Source of the DNA: Takakia lepidozioides
Lineage: Eukaryota > Plantae > Bryophyta
Direction of reading: 5' to 3'
Assembly: GCA_030704615.1 (NCBI GenBank)
Contig: CM060732.1
Span: 30,752,001-30,816,000 of the forward strand
Length of the DNA: 64,000 bases
The notes under the pieces were generated by a model. The model was not told where the DNA came from. It did no database searches and saw nothing but the letters and a program-made list of their open reading frames with translations. This document shows, in pieces, positions 38,501-51,261 of the stretch; position 1 is the first letter of the stretch, and the number at the start of each line of letters is the position of its first letter. The position numbers and the translations under genes were made by a program.

Positions 38501-40809
38501 TAAACAACTCAGGCCTTCTAATTGCATCTCTGCAACCTGTTCCCACTCTGGGTGTGCAGCGAACAAAGTAGCTTCCTGTTCCTCATCCAGTCCTTCTTTC
38601 CAATCATACTCTCTGACCCCTCTTCGTCTTCTTGTAGCAGATAGTCTTTCAGATTTCTTAGTGGTGATTTGTATCTTGTTCAACCCATCCTGCACAGTCA
38701 GTAACTGTGAATTCCAATCATGAGACACCTTGGCTTGTTTCAGCCATGGTCTTCCCAACAATAAGGAATAAGCTTCCAGGACTTCATTCATCTTCAACAC
38801 AGTTATTGTGATCTTAAAGATCATCTCTTGAATCTGGATTTTAACTCCTCTGATCAATCCCAATGGCTGTACACTTCTTTGGTCTGCCATGGTTACTGTA
38901 AATGGGGCTGGTTTCATGTTGTTTAGACCTAGCTTCTGTCTCAATTGGTCTGTCATGATATTCACACCAGAGCCTCCATCTATCAGTACATCTGCCAACT
39001 CTGTGCTTCCAATTCTCAACTGGATAACTGGCATAGAATCATCAAAATCCATGATTGTTTCTTGCCCTTCTGGCCTCACATTATAACTGGTCACCTTGCT
39101 GTTCAGGTCTGTGTTCTCTGTCAAATGGGCAATCCTGTTGATTGCTTGATACAGCCTGTGTCTACAATAAGGTGCCACAGCTAATAGCTGTCCAATGGTA
39201 ATTTCCACTTTGGACTAGCATATCACTTCAGCCAATGTCCCTTCCTTACCCTGCACTTCTGCAGCTTCCCTCTTTCCTTCTTCCTCACTGACTTCTTCTT
39301 CTCCTTCAAAGTCTGAGGAGTCTACCATGGGAATATCAGTACTCTTCTGCATTTCCCGTATAGTATCCGCCACTTCCTTGTGCAGTTCCTTCTCATCTCT
39401 CCAAGCCTCATCATCTTCAGGCACATCACTGCCATCTTCATTATCATCAACTTCATCTTCCACTGGAGGTACTAATTTGGCTCTGCTTCTTGTTACTATC
39501 ATTGTACTCACTTCCGGTACAATACATGGCCTAACCATGTGGGCTGCCACTACTGGCCCCTCATTCCCAAGAGCTCTCATCTCATTCTGGTGTCTGATCC
39601 AGAATGGACAAGCCGCCTTACGATGTCCTGTCTGATTACAAGAGTAACACAGTTCTTCTCCATTGGGTCCTCGCCCTTGGTCTGCTCTGGGATTATTTCT
39701 GTAATCCTGATTCCCTGGCTGGTAATTCCCTCTTGGATTACCTCTCCTTTCCATGCCATTGTTATAACCACCTGTCCTACCATAGTGGTCTTGATCATTG
39801 TTTCTTCTTGGCTGGGGTTGCACTTGATGCACCCTTACCTGCCTAGGCTCTCTTACTGCTGTTCTTCTGTTGTAGTAACAATTCTCTGTAGAATGGTTAT
39901 CCATTTTACAGATAGTGTAGTGTTTCTCCTTCATGTGGCATTCAGTAGTGGTGGGTGGCCTTCATTCTGGCATTTTGCACACCAAACACCCTTCCTCCAA
40001 TGTGTTGCAGCCTCTGTGGCATATTTTTTTAAGATTTCTTCTAATCTCTTCTCATAATTTTCCCTCTTCATCTTTTCCTTCTTTTTACTCTTCTTCTTAT
40101 GCTCCATCTCCTCTTCTTCTTCTGACTCATCCTCAGAGTCCTCTTCATCTCTTTTCTCCTTCCTGAGCATTCCCAACTGCTCAATTCTGTTTGCTGTTTC
40201 AAATGCCTCCTCCACTATATTGTGGGGTAACATGTCTACTTTCTTTTGCAACTCTGGCCTTAGTCCATTCACAAACCAAGCCTTCTGCAATCCTGGGGCT
40301 GGTATAGCAGCCAACTTTTTCATCATCAACTCCATTTTCTCCATATACTCTTCAACAATTTCATGCTTCTTCTGCTTCAGCTGCTGTAAACTCCCATACA
40401 CTTCATCCTCAGTTTTACTGGTCTTGAACCTATTTCGGAACGCTGTACTCAAGCCATTCCAGGTTAGGAAATGATTATCAGGGAATCTTGCATACCATTC
40501 ACTGGCTTTCTTTATAAGTGAACACGGAAACAGTCTCATCTTGGCATCATCGCCATTCTCATTGTTCACTATACACATGTGCTCAAATTGGCTAATGTGT
40601 ACATCAGGATCCCCTTTCCCTGAATATATCGGAAAAGGTGGTTTAGCCCGTGTTGGTTGTAACGCCATCTGCGACTCTACACTCTGCCCCCTTACAGTTG
40701 TTGGCCTTTTGGCTGATGCTGGTCCCTGTGGACCTGTAGTATTTGTGGTGGTTCTTCCACCAATTACTGGCCCCTGAACCCTTCCTGCTCCTGGCCTTTC
40801 TATATTCAC
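35586..40809 (-). pseudogene. gag-pol polyprotein of element B (frameshifted)
   Basis: Gag capsid-like (YSGKGDPDVHISQFE), CCHC knuckle CYSCNQTGHRKAAC, protease LIDGGS, RT VFLDDF, RNase H HCDAS..YSTTEREAL, integrase [30 protein letters not shown]. Confidence 0.95.
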
Positions 40810-42067
40810 AGTATTCCTAGCCTAAGTTGCACTACTTTCCACACTTCCTGTCCCCCCAGAGCCAGATCCAGGTCTTTCGCCTGATCCCTCTGAGCCGACA
40901 CCTTCGTTGGCCTGTGATCCAAGTGCTCCACTTGATCCAGGTCCAACGGGTTGGGATGTCCTGGTTGTAGTCTCAACCTCAGCTGCTGGGTCTACTTCTT
41001 CATATTCCTCATCTTCCAATTTCTTTCCTTGGTTTTCTTCTTCTTCATTCATGTAACTATTTTGTAATAATGTTGGAGAGTTTGAACTCTCCGCTGGTTC
41101 TGCATCCTCCTCTTCTGCTCCCGAAACTGGAGTTCCTGCTCTTGGTGTTCCATGCCAACTCTTATCAAAGATTTCTGCCAAATCTTTTATCCAGGGATGT
41201 ACCTCAGATCTTTCACCTCGTGGTTGATCTTCTTCCTTTGCCAAGTCCCTTAATCTTTCTTGCAAAGAAAAAGAAGGTGTGGTATCCAACTCTAGCTCCT
41301 CTGGTATAGGTGATGTACTCCCTGATCTCAATGGTGTGAGAGGTCCAGATGATTCCCCAATGTCTATTCCTCTCTCCCACAGGTATGGATAATGAGCTTT
41401 CAGACAACTTTATCTTTTTGTTGAATATCTTTGGAGTCTAGCTTCTCTTTCATCACTCATGTCCCATATCTTTCATTTCTTTTAGTGTGGCAACAACCAA
41501 AATTCTCTCCTGTAGTATCTCTCATATATGCCTGGGTTTCTTTCCAGCTTCAATGTACCTCTGGCTATACTGGAAGTCTCCGTTACCATATACCATATGG
41601 TAAACAAGTCTGAAAAGCTGTTCTTGGTGTAAGTTTGATCCACAAGATATCCTTTGGAATCAAATTCTTTACCAATACAAGCTCCTCATGCATATGAGTG
41701 TAAACATTCACTTTCCTTTCCTCCCAGCTTTCAAACTCTACCCGCTTAATAGATAGTAAGGCTATCACATAAACCAATGTTGGTAACCACCGTGCTCTTC
41801 CTCTACAGGCTACCTGATAAATCTTTATCACTCCTTTCTCCAGACCCCATTCCGGATCAACATCATGCACTCGCTTAAGAATATTTTCCTTACAACCGTC
41901 TGGTAATTCCAAGAACCTTTGAAAGAATTGTTTGGACAATCTTTCTTCCTTCGTTCCACAGGGAATTTGATTCACTTCAAATTCTTTAATCCCCAACCAC
42001 CATGATCCCACCAGATGCCTGTCACATCTGGTTGTTCATGACTCAGTTCCCCAGTATGGTCGCCAAA

Positions 42068-42987
42068 TGTCACACGGCTTTTACTCACCCATCCCTTCGC
42101 TATCTGAGGGGGAAACTCCAAGATAGAAGAGTTGGATATCTCTAAGCATTCAGCCCGCGTGAAACAATCAGTCATGACCTGCAGCTAGTGAATCATTGTT
42201 GGGTTTCCAATTATATTCCTTATCAGTTTATATTCCCTGTTTATCATGACCAGATATCTTTTTAAGCGTCAGATTGCTTCTTGGGCCCCCTGATTTCATT
42301 CATACACAGCTTCACTCAAGTCTCTCAACACAAGGTGTTTGTATCGGATGAGAATCAGATTAATCATAATCGGATACATGCTGATGTCCTAACTTCTCTA
42401 ATCTATCCCTCTAAGTAATCCTACATCTCGTACTAACTTTGTCCTATAGTATCTCCTTCCTCCTCGCCAGCTTCCCTTCCTTCGATCTTAGTCCTTCCCC
42501 AGGAGTGATCTCCGTGGCTAAAGTCCCCCAGCAATGATCTCCATCCCCAAAAAGTGATCCCCTCCCGTCTCCGCTACCCGCTTTATCTCCTTCCCCCCTG
42601 TTCTAACCGTTTTCCTTCACTAACCGTCCTCCGTGAATTACATGTTCCCCGGCAGATGTTGTTCCCCACAGTCGTTCCCTGTCATGATAACCGTTCCCTA
42701 CGACTGTGACTGACTGTGCGACCGTGTCAGACTGTGACGGCTGTTTCGGGCTGTGTCGGGCTGTGACTGGCTGTGTATGGCTGTGACGGGCTGTGACTAT
42801 GTCGGGCTGTGTATGGCTATGACGGGCTGTGACTGTGTCGAGCTGTGACTGGCTGTGCCGGGCTGTGTATGGCTGTGACGGGCTATCTCAAAAATTTAAG
42901 GATACCCCTCAGAACCCATAGAAGTGTCTAAGTCCCAGACTCCACAGAACCCATAAAAATGCCTAAGTCCCAGACTGCCTCCTAACA
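42068..42987 (-). repeat. 5' LTR of element B
   Basis: Near-identical to 30278-31176; adjacent to the PBS. Confidence 0.95.
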
Positions 42988-43300
42988 GCATCTTTCCAGC
43001 ACTCATCCCAGGTATCATTGATCTCTGGAGACACTAATGTGCTTTTCCCAGTTATATCCGTCAGTGACACATAAAAAACTTGTGCACCAAGTCTATATCC
43101 ATGCACGAAATCACTCTCCAATTTTGTTATGTCATGGGAAAGAGGTGGACGCACAACATGCATAGATATCATCCAGCATAGAGGGATGTCCAGACGCCCT
43201 CCGGATACGAGCATGTCCCTTATAACCTCCTGAGAGTTTACCTTTTGGAATGACATGAGTTCTTTCACCTGTGGAATGCGTGCAATGGCCTCCACCTTTG
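42988..43300 (-). pseudogene. ParB-like gene of M3, 5' part
   Basis: QKVNSQ..MLVSGGRLDIPLC..VVRPPL..DITKLESDFVHGY..VFYVS..WDECWKDA continues in frame across LTR B into NEEFE at 30277. Confidence 0.8.
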
Positions 43301-43670
43301 GTGGAAGTTCCTTGTGGCCCCACACATTATGCAGGCTTCGCCCCTCAAAAGAGCCAAATGGAACCCCTCTTTCAGATGGACGACACAGGGGTTTAAACAC
43401 AAGATGGCAGGGTCCCCGCTTTGGCAAACAATATGGAGAGCCTGGGACAAACTCGGGAAATTCCTTAAAAAGGTAGACCCTACATCATTCTACGAAACCA
43501 TTCGCCAAAGCCCTCTTTCTCATTCAAACTCTCCATCGGCTATCCAAAAGAAAGAGGCAAAACGATGGTCAGCCTGGGATCACCTTGGAATTTCCCAGAT
43601 CGGTCACTTATGGGCAAATGGGGACTGGAAAAGGGTGGCATCAGTCGAACAAATGACCTTGACCAGCAAG
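43300..43670 (+). mobile_element. Probable LINE ORF2 fragment (region C-terminal to RT)
   Basis: Trp-rich GSPLWQTIWRAW and GISQIGHLW motifs resemble L1/Tx1-type ORF2 C-terminal regions; no RT motif present. Confidence 0.5.
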
Positions 43671-43855
43671 AAAAAGGAGAGGAAGCCTAGAAACGATGCC
43701 TTTACAAGTGCACACCCTGGGCCGTTCAGGCTACTTAGTGTGCTGTGGTTGCAATGTACTGTGCCGCATACTGTTTAAGGGGGTCTTCCTGGTGTGATGG
43801 AAAAGCTGAGAGACAATAATTGCATTGCATAATGAGGCTGTCTCTATTCTTGCAG

Positions 43856-45634
43856 GTACATAAAGTTTGTTCTCATGAAAGAGAATTGCTTAGACAAACA
43901 TCCAGATTTCGTGGACCTTTGGCTTGTCCCTGCTGGCAACCAGACCATGTTTACTACTGGGATCTTGCATGACTGGGGCCCAGACCATCTTTCTTCTTGT
44001 GGTTGGTATTTGGATTGCCCTCCTTCTGAGACCCCAGCTCCGGAGGTGTCTTTGAGGAGAGAGAATGAGCGTATTGCAGCCACTGCCGCAACAGCCGACC
44101 TCGACATTCATGAACGAAATTTGAGGACTCTTGCAGAGAAGGAGCCTCCCGCTCAGGATACCCCGGATAGAGGAAGAAAGGCAAAGGGAAAAGATGTTGC
44201 TGGTGTTGTGGGGAAAGGAAGGGGTAGAGGGAAGGTGGCACAAGGGCAGGGAAGTGTTGCAGATATTGGCCCAGTGGTGCATGTCCAGCAGACTCCACCG
44301 CATGGTAGGGGATCCGTGAGAAAGAACAAGGGGGTGGTTGATCCCAAGGACCCGTACCATGCAGTGGAACATCCCACGAATTCGCCCTACCAGGTTGGAG
44401 ATGGCCAACGTCGGGTTCCTTGCCATGATGGAGTCCAAGAAATCTGATTTGAAGGGCGAGCCATCACCAGTGTGGGAGAGGATTGTGGAGTTCCTCGGCA
44501 CGATGCGTGTTCTCTTTTGCTTCTTCTCTGCTATGGGCATGGATCGTTTCAATCCTCTTGAGTATTCCATTGTAATTTTGTTTGCCGGCTAAAATGACCA
44601 AATCTTGGGTGAACGGGAAGGAGAAGCCATATGCAGCCGAACTCATCATCTTGGACATCCCTGATGGGTTGGCAGTCCCGGATGTCCCTCCATGGTGCTT
44701 GTCCGGGTTGGAATGCTTTTGATGAGCGCTACTGGCGGTGGGTTTTCTCCTTTTGCAATTTTTTCCTGTCCGATGCAGGTGTTTTGGTGCTCATCCAGTC
44801 CATCAACGTTCGCGGTCACCGTGCACTTGCCAGCTATTTGAAAGCCTCGGGCATGAGAGTCGTGAAGACATGGAATTGTGTGAACAGCATGTACCTTACG
44901 AAGGGGGATCGTCCGGGAGAGATGGTAAATTTGCCTTCTTCTTCCTCTTCTTGGTGGTTCTCGGATGGAGTTGTATAGGTCGCTCGAACTCATATGTAGG
45001 GGCCTGATTTTTGAAGCTTCTTAGTTCCTTGTGGATGTCTTGTTCGCAGACTCGTTTGTTTGAAGCTGTTTGTCTCGTCCGAGTGCATCCACCAACGACT
45101 CCGGCCGACATTGCGGAGTTCGCCATCACTCATGGGGGCAAGTTCATAGACGACAGGACAGATCCTCCCACGGATGACATGCACCACAACTACGTCGACA
45201 GCAACGTGTGCTTGCGAAGGGGGAATGGGGTTCCTTGGAGAGGGGCGAGGGAGAGGAGCCCGGCTTTCATTCAAACGATTGTGGAGTGCTACACCTACAC
45301 AGACGCCAGAGTTCTGGATTTGTCAATGGGCACAGGTTCGTCTCTTCAACATTCACATTTCATGAGGTTTGATTGAGCTTGCACTTTCAGCACTTCCCAC
45401 CGTTCCAAATGTGTCTTCAATGTCTGCTTCCTTCATTCTATTCCACTGGAGGTGCTTCGTACCACGCTTGCAAGGCCAGTGCGCGACATCTCTTTGGGAT
45501 TGAAGGGGATGCTGAGATTTACAAGAACCTCCTGATGGGTTTGGGTGGACACACTTCTCAAGCCCCGTCCCGCTGATATTGATACAGAGGAGACTTCCGA
45601 CAAGGAGCTGGACTCCGACTTTGCCTGTGAGTAA
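43856..45634 (+). pseudogene. Beta-class N4C/N6A DNA-methyltransferase-like gene of M2 (copy b), multi-exon
   Basis: AELIILDIPDG (motif IV position), FLSDAGVLVL, PWRGARERSPAFIQTIVECYT..ARVLDLSMGTG (motifs X-I), ASYHACKASARHLFGIEGD (motif II): the PF01555-type order. Confidence 0.7.
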
Positions 45635-46554
45635 GTTCAATCTGTGGATGCTTGCATTGTTGTTTCAATATCGAGAATCACCGTTCTTCAGGCAAAGTTC
45701 ACATGGGAGACATCCTCTTCGTTGGACTTGTGCATTGCATCATTGTGTTCAAAATGGGTTTATGTCGACATGTGTAGGAGTCCACGTGCTTCCACTTACC
45801 CTCTAGGGCTATCACACCTATTTTGGACTTCTTTCCAGTCCTCCTCGGTCTTGCGTGCTACCTGTCTATGCGGAGGCACTCGCAACAAGCATGTCCGTTC
45901 ATGGCACTCGGAGTCCACCCATCGACGGCCATGGTAGAAGACGTGGTGTTGGGGCCAGAATCTTTGTGGATGACATAGCACAGGAGGTCGAGACTGATTC
46001 TGATGATTGTGACACTTGATATGAAGTTTTCTTTTGGTTTTATTCGGGGCCAAATTTGAAATGGGATGGTTGTGTGTCCTTGTCGTCCTGTTTGCAATGT
46101 GTGCGTGGAATGCACATTCATGGGAACAAACTATTGTTGGAGATGGGGGTTGCATGGACTGCCCGGATTGTTCCTTCAATCTATTTAGTGTTTTGTGGAC
46201 CTCACAGACTTGAGTGCATTGCAAAAACAAACAAACGACTTTGGTTCGTGTAGAGCATTCTCGCATCATTTGCTCGTTGGTCTCCAAACCATTCCTGCTA
46301 GAAGAATGGTTGGTGAATCCATCACGGTGAAGTCCACCTCATCAAAGAGCGTTCAGGCATTCTCAAATCTAATGAGCATCCATGATGCTCCTGCACATAC
46401 CTGGCATGTTCGCAAGGGTGGTGAGTAAGAAAAGATTTCGCAGGGATCCGCTTTAGATGATGTCAGTGTGCACCTCCTCACGACGTACCCACATAAACTT
46501 GTGAGGGCTTGGTATGTTGATAACGTCTGGATGGATGCAATGGATACAGATGCA

Positions 46555-46640
46555 TGTTGACGTGGCGTGAGCCTGTGCTGGGCTCACGGTTTCCCGGGCT
46601 CACAGGCTCACGCCTCCAGGCTCACGGAATAGCACCCCCC
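46555..46640 (+). mobile_element. G-rich (methyltransferase-side) terminus of M2
   Basis: Inward read GGGGGGTGCTATTCCGTGAGCC with several GGCTCAC motifs; followed by TSD TTGAAATGC. Confidence 0.85.
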
Positions 46641-49600
46641 TTGAAATGCGAAGAACCAAATTGATGTCCGCCTTCGGAAAGCAGCTTAGAATAGTAGATC
46701 CTGGACTTGGTTCTGAGTTCCTTCAGCAAATCAAATCTCACTATGACAAGCATGTGCATCGGAGATGCAGCAGGAGAAATTGCACCGGCTGGCCATATCC
46801 ACGGTCGACCCACAAACAAAAATAAGGTGGCTGGAGATATGGAACTCAGATCAGACAGTAAAGGACTTGAATCAGTTCCCAAAGAGCACCATACAGCCTG
46901 GCACAAAGGTGGAAGGAATCAGTGATTTGGTGTTTGATAACTGGCTCCACAAGGCTACATTTTGGAGTCAGGTGTATATTCAAATAAGCCGTTTTCTTTT
47001 CTTCAATTATGTGATGAGTATCTTATTTGCAATACTGACAAATATACAATTTGCAGCTAGAAAAGCGCGCCGTCATTGTGCTGGATCAGACTTTGAAGGA
47101 CTTCAACATTTCGATTGTTTCCCCTCCCCAAATGTCATTAGAGGCATACATAAGGAAGTGGAGAGGTCTCACCTGGAGATACTGTTTTTTCCGGGAGTTC
47201 TCCAAAGATGGTAACATTTTACGGTCCAACGACTTTGACAGTCAGGTTGGAGGAGAGTGGGCCATGATGCGAGTTGTGTACAGGTGCAATATCATACTGG
47301 AAACTCTACTGCACTTTTTGGGAAATAATTTGGCTTCATAAGGATTGTAATCATAGATCCAAATTGAATGTCGTTGACTACATTCACTTCTTTGTCTGAG
47401 TCATTCTTAAGCGAGAATTTGAATTCACCTGGATTAGGAGCTTAGGGTGTAATTATAGTGTCCCTGATTATAATTGATAATGTCCCTGAATGGCGTTGAC
47501 GACATTCACATCTAGAGTTGTTGAGAGGTCCTCCGAGTTATGTAAGTTTTTGTAATGTCCATAGAGTTTACAGTGAGGGTTCCTCACTTCAGTTTGCTGA
47601 ATGTCAATGCAGACATTCAGTTGTTCTGCATTGCTTTTGCCTCTTGCGAGAAATCTTGAGGCTTGATTAGCTGTGTTATCAGAGATCCAAAGTGAATGTC
47701 GTTGACGACATTCACTTCTATGTCTGTGTCAGTCACCAACGACAATTTGAATCTACATGGATTGGGAGCTAAGGGTGTATTAATTGGTTCCTTGTTCGTA
47801 ATTTTGTGAATGGTGTTGACGCCATTCACATCCTATGTTATTATGAGGTCCTCAGTGTTATGTTCGTTATGAATGTCCATTGAGTTTTTGGGGAGGGTTC
47901 CTTACTCGAGTTTCTGATTTCCATCCAATGATTTTGCAGTTGTCAAGGACTGTCATGGACTCGCTCTTCACATGCTAATATGTTGAGGAACAAACAACAA
48001 TAAATTCTTATTTTAGGTGTGGAAAACTTAACATGTACATCCAATCACAAAGTTTGGAGCACTCAACTAGTCCCTAGGTATTCAACAGAATAGTTGCTCA
48101 TATTTGCTCTTTTAATATGATTGCATGTCAGCTACAACAGATCCAAGAATGTGTGCTTACTGGACAGTGGCAGAATTGATTGCCACCACTTCATTGTTGC
48201 GAATGAAGTTTGTGGCTGCATAGCACCTGCCTTTCAGTTGTTGGCTTCCAGAGCTATCAAAACCTTGACTCTGACTTTAGCAAGTGCTGGGAGTAACTCT
48301 TCATCCATCCATGCCTATGCAAAATATGCAATGAGCTTTCTCACTTAGTCACTGCATCGAGTCACCTACTATATCCAAGCTGGTTGTAACTTTGTCAGTC
48401 TATTCGCCTCTCATTTGGACATGTTTTTGAGCGGTATTCCAGACTATCTTGACATGTGGTCGGACCCTACAAACGATCCAACCATGTATACTGCAGGGAT
48501 ATTGAAGGACTGGAGTCCTTCTCACTTCAGAGACTGTGGCTGGTACCTTGACTGCCCACCGGAGCACACGACCTTTCAAGAACAGCATATGAAATATTTG
48601 AACAATAATGTTGAGATGCTGACGCCTTTGACTGACAAAGAGTACCAAAGAAACATAGCAACATTGGCTGCCAAGGAGCCTGATGCTCAGGGAATGCCGC
48701 AGAAGGGAAAGAAGGCGAGCCGCAAACCAAAAGACAAGGCTCTTGATGTCATAGCCATCTCACCAGCAAAGCCAAAGGACAAAGACAAGTCCAAAGAGAA
48801 GGAAAAGGACAAGGGGAAGGAGAAAGAAAAGGAGATGGAGAGTGGGCAGGACTTCACTACTGGAAGATATACCCGCACAGTTCAGTGCGTGTTCGATGCC
48901 AAGCCACACCCTTCCCGTTCTGATTCGGCAGGAGAGATTAAAATTGTCAATGAGGGTTGGCTGTCGATGATGCAGAGTCGAAAGAGAGGATACACTGGGG
49001 TGCCTTCGCATACCTGGGACAACATAATCTCATTCCTCAATTTGGTGAGAATTCCAGTTTCTTTCCTTTTTCTCTGAAAGTTTCATTGGCAGTATTTCAG
49101 TCTGGTTCTTTGAAAACATTCTTGCCATCATTCTTAAAAAAAACATGTCTGTTGCAGGTGAGCACAGGTCCCACCTTCGTGTGCGGTGTGCAGAAAACAT
49201 ATGCGGCTGACATTGTCATTCTCGACATCCCGGATGGCCAGGCTATGCCAGAAGTTCTTCCAAAGGGCAAGACGCCAGGCTGGAACAAATTCGAGGACAA
49301 CTACTGGAGTTGGGTGTTCGGGTTCTGTAATAATTTCCTCTCTGATGCAGGGACACTTCTACTTTTTCAGTCATGTGACAAAGATAGTCGTCGGGCATTG
49401 GCATCATACCTGAAGTCTTCAGGGTTTGAAGTTTTGCGCACATGGAATTGTGTGAACAGCCTCTACCTTGTGAAAGGGGGTTTCCCTGGTCAGCTGGTAT
49501 GCCATCTCCCTTCTGCTTGTGCTTTCATGATGAGTTTCAATGTTCTCTGCAGCTCCACTCTAGAAGAATCTGTCATGATCAACACCAATCATCACCGATT

Positions 49601-50273
49601 CGTGATAAAAATGATTGTTTTGTGCCTGAGTTCTGAATAGCCGATATACACACTTCCACTATAGATTGTGTTTACCACACTAACCTGCTATCTTTGGCAG
49701 ACGAGGATGTTCGAGGTGATCTGCCTGCGGAGGATTCGCACCTCAAAGACACCATCCTCCATCCGCAACTTTGAGATTTCTGACCAGGGTTGTTTCGTCA
49801 ACCCCCCTATGAGCCGCATGTCGATGACATTTTGTACAACTTCATGCAGTCCAGTCAGACTCTGAAGAGACCAGATGGCACTCCCTGGAGAGGTGCAAAG
49901 GAAAAATCCCCAGCATTCATGCAAATACTTCTGGAGTCATGCAGCCACCACTCTGCACGGGTGGTCGATCTTTCTGTGTCCACAGGTTCGTTCTCTCCCT
50001 TCCGAATTGATTTTCTTTCACCAGTTCCATCTGCTTAAACCCCCCCCACCAAACTGTTCATGTCCTCCTGTCTGGTGCAGGAGCAACTTACCATGCATGC
50101 AAGGCAGGCGGAAGAAGCCTTTTTGGCATGGAGGGTGATTCTGACCTCTACAACACAGTGCTCCTCCCCCTTTTGTCTGGCTCCACTTCAGGCACACAGA
50201 CTGATCGGATTCAAATTTGAAATGATGACGATCCCAAAGATAAGCAGGTCGACACGACTTTTCATGTGAGTAA
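46641..50273 (+). pseudogene. 3' part of the M3 cargo gene: ParB-gene continuation (46641-47283), long intron, then methyltransferase-like exons (~48400-50273, copy c)
   Basis: EMRRTKLMSAFGKQLRIVDPGLGSEFL..HY matches M1 TRKTIMSAFVKQLRIADPSFGSQFL..HY; later GWYLDCPP, ADIVILDIPDG, PWRGAKEKSPAF..VVDLSVSTG, YHACKAGGRSLFGMEGD. Confidence 0.7.
47355..47900. repeat. Intronic repeat with five palindromes spaced ~95-120 bp
   Basis: Best copy AAGTGAATGTCGT-TG-ACGACATTCACTT (47690-47717); variants at ~47365, 47487, 47597 and 47805. Confidence 0.8.
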
Positions 50274-51261
50274 GTGCTAAACCCACTTTGGGAGTCATAC
50301 TCAATTTCTCAATAACATCAAAGTTACAGTAATAACTTTTTCAGGCTGTCTTTCAGGAAAGGCAGCAGGGGATCTTCAGGAGATACAGTCATTTGTGGCG
50401 AGTCTGTTTTCGACAACCCCCTTTCCAATTTTCTGCTTCCTGATTATGCCGAAGCAATGACACTTCACGCGGCCGAGTCCCTATCCCCTGAATTTTTACT
50501 GCCCGGCCGTAGGTGTAGCCAACGTAGATCCGGAGTTCTTAAATACTTAGACTTAGATGCAGAGGAAGTGGGGATACATTGTACTGACTCTGAGTCAGAC
50601 TGAACTATGTTATTTTAATATTCTGTTTCATCCTCTTTGGAAAACGTTGAATCCCCTGCCTCCACCGTAGTTGTTCCTTTGGAAAGAAAAAAAATCAAAG
50701 AATCAACTACCATTTAAATTGCAATATGTATGAATCCATCTCACAAACCTCCCTCACTCTTGTCATATCCATTGTGCTTTCATCTACAGTGTATTCATGC
50801 GTGCTCCATTCATGAATGTTTTCCTTTGTTCAACATCCATTGTACATTCATCCTCTGTACTCTTTAATCCACCCCACAAACCTTCCACACTCATGTCATA
50901 TACGTTGTGCATTCGTCTAAAGTTTTAGTCATGCATCTTCCTGTCATGAATGTTTTTCATTGCTCAACATCCATTATACATTCATCCATTTGACTCTTAT
51001 CCATCCCTCATTCATCCATCTACATTCATTTTTCACACTCATCCATCTGTTTATCATCCAACTGTACATTCATCCATCCTTTATTCATCTGTTGCTTTCA
51101 GGTGGGAATGACCACTGCCTTTTATTATGTCGTCCAGCTTGTTTCCGCGGTAAAGGGTGCCAATCCGCGGGAATACACTCCACTTCTTCCTGGGCGCGTG
51201 GTGACGCGGTCTTCAAGTGTGATGACGTGGAGTGAGCCCCGTGATGTGGCATTGGCGCAAG

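Larger units (their letters stand above)
30278..42987 (-). mobile_element. Complete Ty3/Gypsy (non-chromovirus-type) LTR retrotransposon B, 12.7 kb
   Basis: LTRs 42068-42987 and 30278-31176 (TG..CA); 5-bp TSD GCATC (30273-30277, 42988-42992); PBS TGGCGACC next to the 5' LTR; PPT 31177-31193; gag-PR-RT-RH-INT order, no chromodomain seen. Confidence 0.97.

Noticed and set aside
43856-50273. Bacterial contamination or a restriction-modification/prophage island
   Set aside because: Genes have spliceosomal introns at conserved positions, are interleaved with plant LTR elements, and no endonuclease or phage genes are seen.
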